A DNA stretch of 48,466 bases from Candidatus Eiseniibacteriota bacterium (GTDB taxonomy: Bacteria; Eisenbacteria; RBG-16-71-46). The stretch covers positions 1-48,466 of the forward strand of contig JANLOX010000242.1 in NCBI GenBank assembly GCA_031366795.1. Direction: 5' to 3'. The translations under genes and the position numbers were made by a program. Under the pieces are notes generated by a model. It was given only the letters and a program-made list of their open reading frames with translations, was not told the DNA's origin and did no database searches. Shown in pieces: positions 36,205-45,164 of this stretch; the first letter of the stretch is position 1, and every line of letters begins with the position of its first letter.

Positions 36205-37182
36205 ATGGTTCCCTTTTTCCCACAGTGGGTCATTCCCGCCGCCCTGGCGGCCGCTGGCATTGTGCTGCTTGGAATCGGCGCTCTTGCGCTCGGCCTGTTC
36301 CCGCCGCTGCGGCGTGATTTGGGCGGTGTCGCCAACCTCGACGCCGAGGCGGAGCATGTGCGCGTGCCGCTGTCCGATGGCGACACGCTCGATGCCTACG
36401 TGATCGAGGGGCATCGTCCCGCGGTCATTGTGTTGTTCCATGGCTACGCGCGCACCCACACACGGTCGTGGCGCTACGCGCAATTCTTGCGCGGTCTCGA
36501 TTGCCACATCGTGTCCTTCGACTTCCGCTCCTCACGCGCGCGGCGTCGCCAGCCTACGACGCTGGGCGGCACCGAGCGTGCGGATGCGATCGCGGTGCTC
36601 GACTGGGTCGCGCAGGATCCCCGATTCGCCGGCTGCCGCATCGGCTTCCACGGCGAATCGCTGGGGGGCGCCGTGGCGCTGGACCTCGCGGCACAACGTC
36701 CCGAAGTCGCCGCGGTGGTCGCCGATGCGGCGTTCGCCGTCGCGGCGCACGCGATCGAGGACGCATGCATTGGCATGGCGCGCATGCCGCGTCAGCCGAG
36801 TGCCACGATCCTGCGTTCGCTGGCGCGTGCCTTCACCGGGCATGATCCCGGCGCCTTCGCGCCGCTCGACCGCATGGCGGGTCTGGCGGGCCGCCCGGTG
36901 TTCTTCATTCATGGCGATCGTGATCCGCGCATCAGCCCGGCGCAGGCGCGGGCGCTGTGGCATGCCGCGGGGGCGAAGGATCCGCTGTGGATCGTGAGCG
37001 GTGCCAAGCACAACGAAGCCTGGCGTCTGGCGCGCGAGCGTTACGAGCAGCATGTGAGCGCGTTCTTCGCGCGCGCGTTGCTGGATGAGGGCGCAGGGAT
37101 CGCCGCGGGCGAATGGGACAACGACGAAGGGGAAGCCGTGCTGCTGAAGCTGCGGCCGCTCGGTGAAGGGGTGGGCGCCTGA
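36205..37182 (+). CDS. Alpha/beta hydrolase with N-terminal membrane anchor
   Basis: LFHG, GESLGG nucleophile elbow, HGDRD, GAKH. Confidence 0.88.
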   Translation: MVPFFPQWVIPAALAAAGIVLLGIGALALGLFPPLRRDLGGVANLDAEAEHVRVPLSDGDTLDAYVIEGHRPAVIVLFHGYARTHTRSWRYAQFLRGLDCHIVSFDFRSSRARRRQPTTLGGTERADAIAVLDWVAQDPRFAGCRIGFHGESLGGAVALDLAAQRPEVAAVVADAAFAVAAHAIEDACIGMARMPRQPSATILRSLARAFTGHDPGAFAPLDRMAGLAGRPVFFIHGDRDPRISPAQARALWHAAGAKDPLWIVSGAKHNEAWRLARERYEQHVSAFFARALLDEGAGIAAGEWDNDEGEAVLLKLRPLGEGVGA

Positions 37183-37976
37183 TGGCAACGTTGCGCTTCG
37201 GCACGCAGGGATTTTCGTACCCGGGGTGGATCGGTTCGTTCTTCCCGCCGCGTTCGAAGCAGGAACACTACTTGCCGTTCTATGCGCAGGTGTTCGACAC
37301 GGTCGAATTGGACACGACCTTTTACCATCCCCCCGGCGCCAGCGTCGTCCGTTCCTGGGCGCGTCACACACCTTCGACATTCCGCTTTTCGGCGAAGCTT
37401 CCGCAGCGCATCACGCACGAGGCGCGGCTGGCTTCGATGGGCGAGCAACTGAACGCGTTCGCGCGCGCACTCGAGCCGCTGGGCGAGCGGCTGGCGCCGC
37501 TGCTCGCGCAAATGCCCGCCGAGTTCCAACGCGACCCGGACACCGTGGGGCTACTCGACCGCTTCCTCGCGGCGACTCCTAAAGACGTGCGCATCGCGGT
37601 GGAGTTCCGCCACCGCTCGTGGCAGGTGGCCGGGACCTACGAGCTGCTCCATCGCCATCGTGCCGCGTTGGCGTGGACGGACTGGCGCGACCTGCCGCGG
37701 GTGACCGAGGTGACCGCCGACTTCCTCTACGTCCGCTGGCTCGGCCGGCGCGAGGCCATCGAGGACTACGACCGCGTGCAGATCGATCGCACTGACGAAT
37801 TCGCGTGGTGGCAGGGCGAACTGAAGGGCGCCCTGCCGCAAGTGCGTGAAGTCTATGGCTACTTCAACAATCACTGGGCGGGCCATTCGCCCGCCTCGGC
37901 GAACGAAATGAAGCAGCGGCTCGGGCTGGTGGCGGTCGATCCTCGATCGCGCTGGCCACAGCCGGAGATGTTCTGA
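37182..37976 (+). CDS. DUF72 (YecE-like) protein
   Basis: GTQGFSY..W.G.F, VELDTTFY, KLPQRITH, EFRHRSW and YFNNHWAG motifs; TGATG coupling. Confidence 0.92.
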   Translation: MATLRFGTQGFSYPGWIGSFFPPRSKQEHYLPFYAQVFDTVELDTTFYHPPGASVVRSWARHTPSTFRFSAKLPQRITHEARLASMGEQLNAFARALEPLGERLAPLLAQMPAEFQRDPDTVGLLDRFLAATPKDVRIAVEFRHRSWQVAGTYELLHRHRAALAWTDWRDLPRVTEVTADFLYVRWLGRREAIEDYDRVQIDRTDEFAWWQGELKGALPQVREVYGYFNNHWAGHSPASANEMKQRLGLVAVDPRSRWPQPEMF

Positions 37977-38039
37977 TCCGGGAGACTTGCGGGACTGCAT
38001 GCGCCAGATCTCGATCGACATCCGCAACCCCCCCTGCCG

Positions 38040-38456
38040 ATGACGCAGGAAGCCGGGTCCGCGAACGCTTGGCGCGCCCTGCGTGAGGCGCGAGTTTCCC
38101 TGCTGGGGCTCGATCGCGAAGCCGTGCCGGTTAATCCTGGAATCCTCGTGCTCTACCGCGACACGCGCGTGACGTGGGTCGGAAAATCGGTGAACCTGCG
38201 CCGGACGATCGCCAACGCCTTTGCGGTCGAAGGACCCAGCGCCACCTCGCCGCTACGGCGCAGCGTGTTGAGCACCCTCGGGATCGCGACGATCGAGGCC
38301 CTGAACGCCCGGCGCTACCGGCTGACGCCAGACGATCACGCGCGCATCTCGGGATGGATCCGCGCGTGCGCTGTCGCCTGGCAGGTGTGCGAATCGGAGG
38401 CGGACGTGGTCAAGCTCGAGACGCAATTGCAGGCCGAGCCCGATCGGCAGGCGTGA
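38040..38456 (+). CDS. GIY-YIG-like protein, apparently degenerate
   Basis: PGILVLY...WVGKSVNLRRTI...SPLRRSV...VAWQVC....VKLE pattern matches a stand-alone GIY-YIG layout. Confidence 0.55.
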   Translation: MTQEAGSANAWRALREARVSLLGLDREAVPVNPGILVLYRDTRVTWVGKSVNLRRTIANAFAVEGPSATSPLRRSVLSTLGIATIEALNARRYRLTPDDHARISGWIRACAVAWQVCESEADVVKLETQLQAEPDRQA

Positions 38457-38509
38457 TCGGTGCCGGTCCGCCGCGTGCGGCTGCAGCGGCGTGCTGCCGC
38501 ATCCGTCCG

Positions 38510-39133
38510 CTACGCCTCGCGACCCTGGATGCTGGCCATCGCCCGCAACGCAGCATCGCGGGCGGCATCGATTTGGGCTTCAGATCCCGACAAGTAGAGC
38601 CGGCCGTAGGCGCCGAACAATGAGGCGTCGATCAGCTTGATGTGTGCCGCCTTGAGCGCCTCGTTGGCCGCGTAGGCGATGTAGCCGGCAGGCTCCGTCT
38701 CGATGATCAGCAGTGATTCGCCGGCGAGCAGCTGATCGCCGTAGCGCATCTTGTTGATCACCTGGGCGTGGTAGGGCTCGACCGCGCGGATGACCTGGTC
38801 CGAGATGACGCGTGGCTTGAGCCGGTCGCGCTCGCCGATCTTCAGGTAGTCGAGCACCGCCTGGCCGCCCAGTTGGACCTGGCCCTTGTCGCGATGGTGG
38901 ATCTCGAGCAGGCCGAAGGCGCGCTCGACGACCATGATCGCCGGAGTGCACTGCGTGGCCTTGAGCGCCACGTCGGTGATGCGGTTGATGATCAGTCCGG
39001 GAGCGGTCTCGATGAACATCGAGGCGTCCTCGGCCACCGGCAGGAACCCGCGCGCCGTGGTGCCGATGAAGGCCGCCAGCTGGGGCTGCAGGCTGTCGAT
39101 GAATACGTAAGTGCGCAGAGTGACGTCGGACAT
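38510..39133 (-). CDS. Bacterial microcompartment tandem-domain shell protein (BMC-T, CcmP/CsoS1D-like)
   Basis: LRTYVFIDSLQPQLAAF, IETAPG..INRITDVALKAT, VERAFGLLEIH, ETEPAGY..YAANEA.KAA and GAYGRLYLSG motifs. Confidence 0.9.
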   Translation of the reverse strand: MSDVTLRTYVFIDSLQPQLAAFIGTTARGFLPVAEDASMFIETAPGLIINRITDVALKATQCTPAIMVVERAFGLLEIHHRDKGQVQLGGQAVLDYLKIGERDRLKPRVISDQVIRAVEPYHAQVINKMRYGDQLLAGESLLIIETEPAGYIAYAANEALKAAHIKLIDASLFGAYGRLYLSGSEAQIDAARDAALRAMASIQGREA

Positions 39134-39143
39134 GATGGCGCGG

Positions 39144-39173
39144 ACACTAGCCAAAGGGTCAACCCAGCGTCAA
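39144..39173 (-). promoter_or_regulatory. Sigma70 promoter of the BMC-T gene (near-leaderless)
   Basis: TTGACG (39173-39168), 18 nt, TAGTGT (39149-39144), 10 nt, ATG; no SD sequence. Confidence 0.5.
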
Positions 39174-39185
39174 TGGCACCGGAGC

Positions 39186-41180
39186 CTAGTTGGGTTCTCC
39201 GAGCTTCAACCACAGCGATTCCAGCTCCGCCTTGACGCGCTCGTATTCGCCGACGATGTCCTTCGAGCGGGCGACGTCCTGGTAGATCTCGGGATCGGCG
39301 AGTTGCGTCTCGAGCACCTTGACGCGTGCTTCGCGGCCTTCGATGTCCTGCTCGATCCGCGTCGTCGCGCGCTCGCGCTTCTGGCGTTCCGAGCGGGCGT
39401 TCCTGTCCTCGCGCGCTGCGACGGCCTTGCCGCTCGCCGCCGACTGTGCCCTGTCGCGCGCTCCCCTTCCGCCTGCGGGCTTGGGATTGCGTGGCTGCCC
39501 ATTCTTGGGGCTCGCGGCGGTGCGCGCCGGGGCCTCGTCGCGTGGATCGGGCGGCACCGTGGCGTTCGCGCGCGCCACACGGGCGGCTTCGTAGTCGTTG
39601 TAGCCGCCGGGGTAGTAGAGGACGCGACCGTTGTCGACCTCGATGACGCGCGTGGCGATGCGCGCCATCAGCGAGCGGTCGTGCGTCACGACGATGACGG
39701 CGCCCGGGTACTGCTCGAGCGCGTCCTCGAGCACTTCCTTGCCGGCCAGGTCCAAGTGATGCGTGGGTTCGTCGAGCAGCAGCAGGTTGGCGGGGGCGAG
39801 CAGGATGCGTGCTAAGGCCACGCGCTGGCGTTCACCGCCCGACAGGATGCGGCACAGCTTGAATACGTCATCGCCCGAGAACAGGAAGCTGCCGAGCAGG
39901 CCGCGCAGGCGCGGCCGCCAGTCGGGCGGGGCTACCGCTTCGAGTGCGTCGAGCACGTTGTGCGCCGGATCCAATGTCTCCCCGGCATGCTGGGCGAAGT
40001 AGGCCGACTTGGTCTGCGGCGGGCACTCGAGCTCGCCACGGCGCAACTCGAGCTGGCCGCCGAGCACACGCAGCAGCGTCGTCTTGCCGGCGCCGTTGGC
40101 GCCCACGATGGCGATCTTGTCGCCGCGGTCGATCTCGAGCCGCGCGTTCGAGAACACGTCGGCCTCCCCATAGCCGAACGCGGCGTCGCGCAATCGCAGC
40201 AGCGTGCGGCCGGCGTGCGGCGGATTGGGGAACTGGAAGCGGATGCTGCGCGGCGGTCGCGGCAGCACGACGCGGCCCTGCTTCAAGCGGTCGATCATCT
40301 TGCGCTTGCTCTGCGCGGCGGACGCCTTGGTATTCTTGGCGCCGAAGCGTTCGACGAAACGCGACAGCTCGCTGATGCGCTTGCCGAGTTGCTGGTTCGC
40401 TGCGGCCACGCGCTCGCGGCGCAGCACGCGTTCCTCGAGGTACTCGGTGAAGCGCATCGGGTAGTCGGTCAGCTCGCCACGATCCAGTTCGCGGATCTCG
40501 GTGGCGACGCTGTCGAGGAACACGCGGTCGTGGGAGACGATCACCAGCCCACCGTGGAAATCCTCGAGGTAGTCCTCGAGCCACTCCATGGCCGGCAAGT
40601 CCAGGTGGTTCGTCGGCTCATCGAGGAACAGCAGCGTGGGGTCGGTCAGCAGCAATGCGGCGAGTGCGGTGCGCATGCGCCAGCCGCCCGAAAATTCCAC
40701 CAGCGGCCGGTCCTGGTCGCGGCGCGAGAAGCCCAGCCCCGAGAGCACGCGGCGGGCCTCGGGTTCGAGGGTGGCGGTATCGTGGAACTCGAGATGGTGC
40801 TGCAGCTCGCCGGCGCGCTCGAGCAGCGCGTCGAGGTGCGGGTCGTCCTGCGCGATGCCGCCGAGGCGGGCGTGCAGTTCGTCCAACTCCTCCTGCATGC
40901 CGCGCAGCGCCCGGTGCGCCTCCATGGCGCGGTCGAGCACCGTTCCGTCGAATTTCTCGGCGGCCTCCTGCGGCAGGTAGCCGAGGCGCGTGCCGCGCGC
41001 CATGACGCGCGAGCCGGTCTCGGGGTCCAACTCACCCAGCATGATGCGCAGCAGCGTCGTCTTGCCGGCACCGTTGGGGCCGACCAGGGCGACACGGTCT
41101 CCCGGTGCCAGCACCCAGTTGAGGTTCTCGAACAACACGCGCTGGCCGACGGAGTAACGAACGTTCTGGAGTTGGATCAC
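39186..41180 (-). CDS. ABC-F family ATPase (Uup/YheS-like) with C-terminal coiled-coil
   Basis: Two cassettes (GPNGAGKT/FSGGWRMR/LDEPTNHLD and GANGAGKT/LSGGERQR/LDEPTHHLD); no TM segments; GTG start. Confidence 0.93.
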   Translation of the reverse strand: MIQLQNVRYSVGQRVLFENLNWVLAPGDRVALVGPNGAGKTTLLRIMLGELDPETGSRVMARGTRLGYLPQEAAEKFDGTVLDRAMEAHRALRGMQEELDELHARLGGIAQDDPHLDALLERAGELQHHLEFHDTATLEPEARRVLSGLGFSRRDQDRPLVEFSGGWRMRTALAALLLTDPTLLFLDEPTNHLDLPAMEWLEDYLEDFHGGLVIVSHDRVFLDSVATEIRELDRGELTDYPMRFTEYLEERVLRRERVAAANQQLGKRISELSRFVERFGAKNTKASAAQSKRKMIDRLKQGRVVLPRPPRSIRFQFPNPPHAGRTLLRLRDAAFGYGEADVFSNARLEIDRGDKIAIVGANGAGKTTLLRVLGGQLELRRGELECPPQTKSAYFAQHAGETLDPAHNVLDALEAVAPPDWRPRLRGLLGSFLFSGDDVFKLCRILSGGERQRVALARILLAPANLLLLDEPTHHLDLAGKEVLEDALEQYPGAVIVVTHDRSLMARIATRVIEVDNGRVLYYPGGYNDYEAARVARANATVPPDPRDEAPARTAASPKNGQPRNPKPAGGRGARDRAQSAASGKAVAAREDRNARSERQKRERATTRIEQDIEGREARVKVLETQLADPEIYQDVARSKDIVGEYERVKAELESLWLKLGEPN

Positions 41181-41198
41181 GGGGTCCTTCGGACGACG

Positions 41199-42317
41199 TT
41201 AGGAGGACAGCCGGTCGGGATTGAGTCCCATCAGGTCCGGCGTCACGAACAGGCCGTCCTTGCGCACCAGTTCACGGTCGAACCAGATCTCGCCGCCGCC
41301 GTATTCGGGCCGCTGGATCAGCACGAGGTCCCAGTGGATCTGCGAGCGGTTCTGGTTGTCGGCGGTGGCGTAGGCCTGACCGGGAGTGAAGTGCAGCGAG
41401 CCGGCAATCTTCTCGTCGAACAGCGTGTCCTTCATCGGCTTCAAGATGTGGGGGTGGAAGCCGAGCGAGAACTCGCCGATGTAGCGCGCGCCCTCGTCGG
41501 AGTCGAGCACCTGGTCGAGGCGGTCCTGCGGGCTGCCTTCCGCCTTGATGATGCGGCCCTTTTCAAACGTGAACTTGATGCCGTCGTACGACGTGCCCTG
41601 GTAGAGCGAGGGGGTATTGTAGGCAAGGGTGCCATTCACCGAGTCGCGCACCGGTGCGGTGAAGCACTCGCCATCGGGAATGTTGCGGCCGCCTTCACAC
41701 GGCACGACGCCGATGCCCTTGATGCTGAATTGGAGATCCGTGCCCGGGCCCTTGATGTGGACGCGGTCGGTGCGCTCCATGCGGCTTTTGAGCGGTTCGA
41801 TCGCCTTGGCCATCCTGGCGTAGTCGAGCGTGCAGACGCGATAGAAGAAGTCCTCGAACGCCTCGGTGCTCATGTTCGCCAGCTGCGCCATCGACGGCGT
41901 GGGGTAGCGCAGGACCACCCAGCGGGTCTGGTTCACGCGGTAGTCGCCGTGCACGGGTTTCTGCACAAACTTCCCGAACATCGCCATCTGCTCGATGGGA
42001 ACGTCGGACAGTTCGGAAGTGTTGGAGCTGCCGCGCAGGCCGATGTACGCCGTCGACTGTTTCATCTGGGCGAGCTCGGCCTCGGCCTGAAGCTCGAACT
42101 GCCGCTGCGTTGCGCCGCGCATCAGGGCCCGGGTCACGGCGTTGCTGCGCAAGCTGACGATCGGAATGGCGCCCGCCGCGTGGATCGCTTCGACGAGGTC
42201 CAGCACGAGGCCGTCTGCGACATCGAAGGCTTCAACGAAACAGGTCTCGCCGGGCTTGAGTCGGGTGGAGTGGTGCACCAGCAGACGGGCGAGCTCGGCA
42301 TTGCGGGGATCGCGCAT
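41199..42317 (-). CDS. Aminopeptidase, M29 (AmpT/PepS) family
   Basis: MRDPR..LA.LLV.HS, NIPDGECFTAP, GEFSLG, LFDEKIAGSLHFTPG and SQIHWD motifs. Confidence 0.92.
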   Translation of the reverse strand: MRDPRNAELARLLVHHSTRLKPGETCFVEAFDVADGLVLDLVEAIHAAGAIPIVSLRSNAVTRALMRGATQRQFELQAEAELAQMKQSTAYIGLRGSSNTSELSDVPIEQMAMFGKFVQKPVHGDYRVNQTRWVVLRYPTPSMAQLANMSTEAFEDFFYRVCTLDYARMAKAIEPLKSRMERTDRVHIKGPGTDLQFSIKGIGVVPCEGGRNIPDGECFTAPVRDSVNGTLAYNTPSLYQGTSYDGIKFTFEKGRIIKAEGSPQDRLDQVLDSDEGARYIGEFSLGFHPHILKPMKDTLFDEKIAGSLHFTPGQAYATADNQNRSQIHWDLVLIQRPEYGGGEIWFDRELVRKDGLFVTPDLMGLNPDRLSS

Positions 42318-42470
42318 CGGGAGGACCTCAGGAAATGGGTTGGCCCCACGAGGGGGGTGGAACGGCGCAGAATAGCACAGCCCGATTGACGCCTGCCGGT
42401 CGGCTCCGCGATGGTGCGGGCCTGGTGGCGACGGAGACAATCGCGACGGGAGTCCTTGAGGAGGCGAAGC

Positions 42471-43595
42471 ATGCAACCTTTGCGCACGGTGGTACTGGGG
42501 ACAGCCTTCGGGGGTGCCGTGCACGTGGCCGGTTTCCAGCGCCATCCGGGCTTCGAGGTGGTCGGAGTCGCCGGCACGAATGCCGAGCGCACCCAGAAAT
42601 TGGCCGACGCCCACGCGGTTCCACTCGCCGAGACGGATTGGCGGCGCCTGCTCGACTCGACGGCCCCGGATGTCGTGAGCATTGTCACGCCCGTGGACCT
42701 GCATCACCCCATGGCCATGGCTGCGCTCGAGTGCGGCTGCCACGTTTTGTGCGAGAAGCCGACCGCGATGCACCGGATGCAGGCCGCCGAGATGCGCGAC
42801 CGAGCGCGCGCCGCGGGCCGCGTGCTCGCCATCAATCACGAGTTCCGCTTCTTCCCGGCGCGCATGCGCGCGCTCGAACTGGTGCGGGAAGGATCAATCG
42901 GGCGGCCGCGGCGCGGCGAGATCATTGGCCGCCACCCGCTGTGGACGCATCCCGGCACGCGCACGATGTCGTGGTTGTCACAGGGCGAACGCGGCGGCGG
43001 CATCCTCGGCGCGCTCGGCTCGCACCACACCGATTGCCTGCGCACGTTCTTCGGTGAGCCCGAGACCGTGCTGGCGACACTGCGCACCGCGCAGCCGCGG
43101 CGGGGTCCCACGGCAACGGACCCGCGGTCCGGGATCGCGACGTCCGACGATGGCGTGACCGTCCACTACGCATTTGCCTGTGGCGTCACCGCGATGATCG
43201 ATCTCGATGCGACCGCGCCCTACCGCTTCGAGCGCTTCGAGATCCATGGCGAGGATGCGACACTGCGCTGGGACGAGACGGGCTACAAGCTCTGGCGCAT
43301 CACGCACGCGGCCGCACCCGTGCCCGGATCGGCGCAGTCGATCACGGGTGGCGCCCCGGAGGAGCTGGCGATTCCCGATGCGCTGAAGCTGTGGCCGCGC
43401 GAGGGCGACCCCGCGTTGCTCGCGCCGTTCGGCGTCTTGCTCGAGCGCTTCCACGCAGCGATTCGCGAGGGGGCGCCGATGCACCCGAACTTCGACGACG
43501 CCGTCGCGGTGCAGAGCGCGCTCGACGCGGCGCGCCGCTCGGACGAGGCGGGCATGCGCATGACCGTGGACATCCCGGCCGCCGCTACCGTCTAG
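42471..43595 (+). CDS. Gfo/Idh/MocA family oxidoreductase
   Basis: LGTAFG, IVTP..LH, HVLCEKP, NHEFRF and GGILGALGSHHTD motifs; AGGAGG RBS. Confidence 0.9.
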   Translation: MQPLRTVVLGTAFGGAVHVAGFQRHPGFEVVGVAGTNAERTQKLADAHAVPLAETDWRRLLDSTAPDVVSIVTPVDLHHPMAMAALECGCHVLCEKPTAMHRMQAAEMRDRARAAGRVLAINHEFRFFPARMRALELVREGSIGRPRRGEIIGRHPLWTHPGTRTMSWLSQGERGGGILGALGSHHTDCLRTFFGEPETVLATLRTAQPRRGPTATDPRSGIATSDDGVTVHYAFACGVTAMIDLDATAPYRFERFEIHGEDATLRWDETGYKLWRITHAAAPVPGSAQSITGGAPEELAIPDALKLWPREGDPALLAPFGVLLERFHAAIREGAPMHPNFDDAVAVQSALDAARRSDEAGMRMTVDIPAAATV

Positions 43596-43676
43596 CCGCG
43601 GGGCGGGGCGGGGATCCGCGGTCTCGCCGCGGGCGACCCGCTGCCGTGCGGCCGCGATCCAGCGCGTTTGGGCGCA

Positions 43677-43706
43677 TTGGCCGACCTTCAAGCGCTTCGC
43701 TATACT
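43677..43706 (+). promoter_or_regulatory. Possible sigma70 promoter
   Basis: TTGGCC (43677-43682), 18 nt, TATACT (43701-43706). Confidence 0.4.
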
Positions 43707-43760
43707 TCACCCGCTGCGCTGCCGCTATCGCGGCGCGGGCTGATCGACTCAGGAGGGTCC

Positions 43761-44489
43761 ATGGCGGATTGGGACGTCATTGCAAAGCAACGGCTCACCG
43801 AGGATTGGTCCACCCTGCGGGCGGCCTACCTGCCGCTCAACCAGGCCATGCGCCGCACGGTCGAGTACCTCGAGAAGACGGACGGCAGTTTCCAGGACCT
43901 GCTGGCGTTTTCGCGCGAGCGCCTGGACGGCAGCATGAAGGGCCTGACCGCGCTGTGCGCGCGCCGCTCGCCCTGGGTGCGGCTCGAGGCCATCCGCAAC
44001 CTGCGTGTGCTGACGACGGGGCTGAAGGGGGCCGCGAACGACGACCCGCGAGCGCTGCTGCGCTTCCTGTTCGCCTTGAGCGAGCTGATGTCGAACGTGT
44101 GGAAGGACGCCCCAACCGAGGCGCGGGTCACCGAGAACCTGGTGATGACGGGCACGCCGGAGTTCTGGTTCGGCTGCGACTGCTGCGCCGTCGGCATCCT
44201 GAAGCCGGCCGGTCCGGATGATCCGCCGGACCTGGTCGCGGGGCGCGAGGTGCGGCTGGTGTGGGAGGTCGACGCGTTGTTCGCCTGGACGCTCGACGAG
44301 TTTGAGGACTACCTCGCCAGCGAGCGGTTCGCGCTGCCCACGACACCCAAGCTCGCCGCCACGGAAGCCCTCGGGCTGCCGGTTATCGATGTTCCGTCGG
44401 AATCACTGCGCCGTGGCCAGGAGTGGTTCGGCGGGCCCGGCGGCGGTTTGTTCGGTCCGCTCGACCTCAAGTACATCGAGCTGGCCTGA
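43761..44489 (+). CDS. Hypothetical protein (helical N-half, CDCC motif)
   Basis: AGGAGG RBS at 43751, strong GC3 codon bias, no recognised family. Confidence 0.75.
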   Translation: MADWDVIAKQRLTEDWSTLRAAYLPLNQAMRRTVEYLEKTDGSFQDLLAFSRERLDGSMKGLTALCARRSPWVRLEAIRNLRVLTTGLKGAANDDPRALLRFLFALSELMSNVWKDAPTEARVTENLVMTGTPEFWFGCDCCAVGILKPAGPDDPPDLVAGREVRLVWEVDALFAWTLDEFEDYLASERFALPTTPKLAATEALGLPVIDVPSESLRRGQEWFGGPGGGLFGPLDLKYIELA

Positions 44490-44538
44490 GCAGCAGGCGC
44501 GACGGCGCCGCGCCCGCAGTCAATCACCCCCCGCGAGA

Positions 44539-44640
44539 CTACTTGCGGGGGGCTTTTGCTGCCGCCTTGGCCTTGTCCTTCTTACGCTGCTGCGAAAGCT
44601 TGGCCTTCTTGCGGCGCAGCCGGTGCTTGAACGAAGTCAT
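44539..44640 (-). CDS. Small basic protein, 33 aa (MTSFKHRLRRKKAKLSQQRKKDKAKAAAKAPRK)
   Basis: GAGG SD upstream of ATG; AAG/GCC-biased codons; fills an otherwise empty gap. Confidence 0.6.
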   Translation of the reverse strand: MTSFKHRLRRKKAKLSQQRKKDKAKAAAKAPRK

Positions 44641-44727
44641 GGTGCCTCGGGATCTTGTGACGTAAGGATAACGAACTCCGGACCACGGAGGGCGAGACGG
44701 CAATCTACCGCACACGCCGCATAAACT

Positions 44728-44763
44728 GAAACGCGCTGGGCTCCGAAGAACCCAGCGCGTTTC
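44728..44763 (-). terminator. Intrinsic terminator hairpin downstream of the Cys-rich lipoprotein gene
   Basis: GAAACGCGCTGGGTTC-TTCG-GAGCCCAGCGCGTTTC on - strand (16-bp stem with one G-U, cUUCGg loop), followed by AGTTTAT. Confidence 0.7.
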
Positions 44764-44783
44764 GTGTAGCTGCGGAGTGAGTA

Positions 44784-45164
44784 CTACGCTCCGGCGTTGC
44801 CTGCGCCTTCGTTGTAGCAGCTCTTCTTGCACTGCTTCTTGGCGTTTTCGCAGGCCTTGATGTTGTCACGGTGCAACCGGTCTTCAGCCTTCTTGCACGC
44901 ATAGTTCCAGTGGCAGGCACGCTTGGCAGCCTTGTAGCGGGCTTCCTCGGCGCGGATGCATGACTTGAACTGGTCGTTGCAACGACGCGAGCACGAGCTA
45001 CGGTGGCTCAGCTGGCCGTTGCCGGCCCGCAGGTCCACACCCGTGACATTGTCATTGACCATACGACACTGCGTGAGGCCCACAGCCGAAAGCCCCAGCA
45101 CTGCCGCAAGCGCAACGAAGGCGAAGCCCCGGCGAACGCGCGGGTTGCGGTGATCGATGTTCAT
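44784..45164 (-). CDS. Small Cys-rich putative lipoprotein
   Basis: GGAGG SD; basic-hydrophobic signal ending GLTQ-C; eight further Cys. Confidence 0.8.
   Translation of the reverse strand: MNIDHRNPRVRRGFAFVALAAVLGLSAVGLTQCRMVNDNVTGVDLRAGNGQLSHRSSCSRRCNDQFKSCIRAEEARYKAAKRACHWNYACKKAEDRLHRDNIKACENAKKQCKKSCYNEGAGNAGA

Noticed and set aside
37080..37182. C-terminal tail of the alpha/beta hydrolase as a BMC encapsulation peptide
   Set aside because: Weak amphipathic pattern interrupted by Pro/Gly, and the protein has an N-terminal membrane anchor, which is inconsistent with lumenal cargo.
39960..42389. 809-aa plus-strand ORF
   Set aside because: Antisense to the ABC-F and aminopeptidase genes, which carry clear family motifs.
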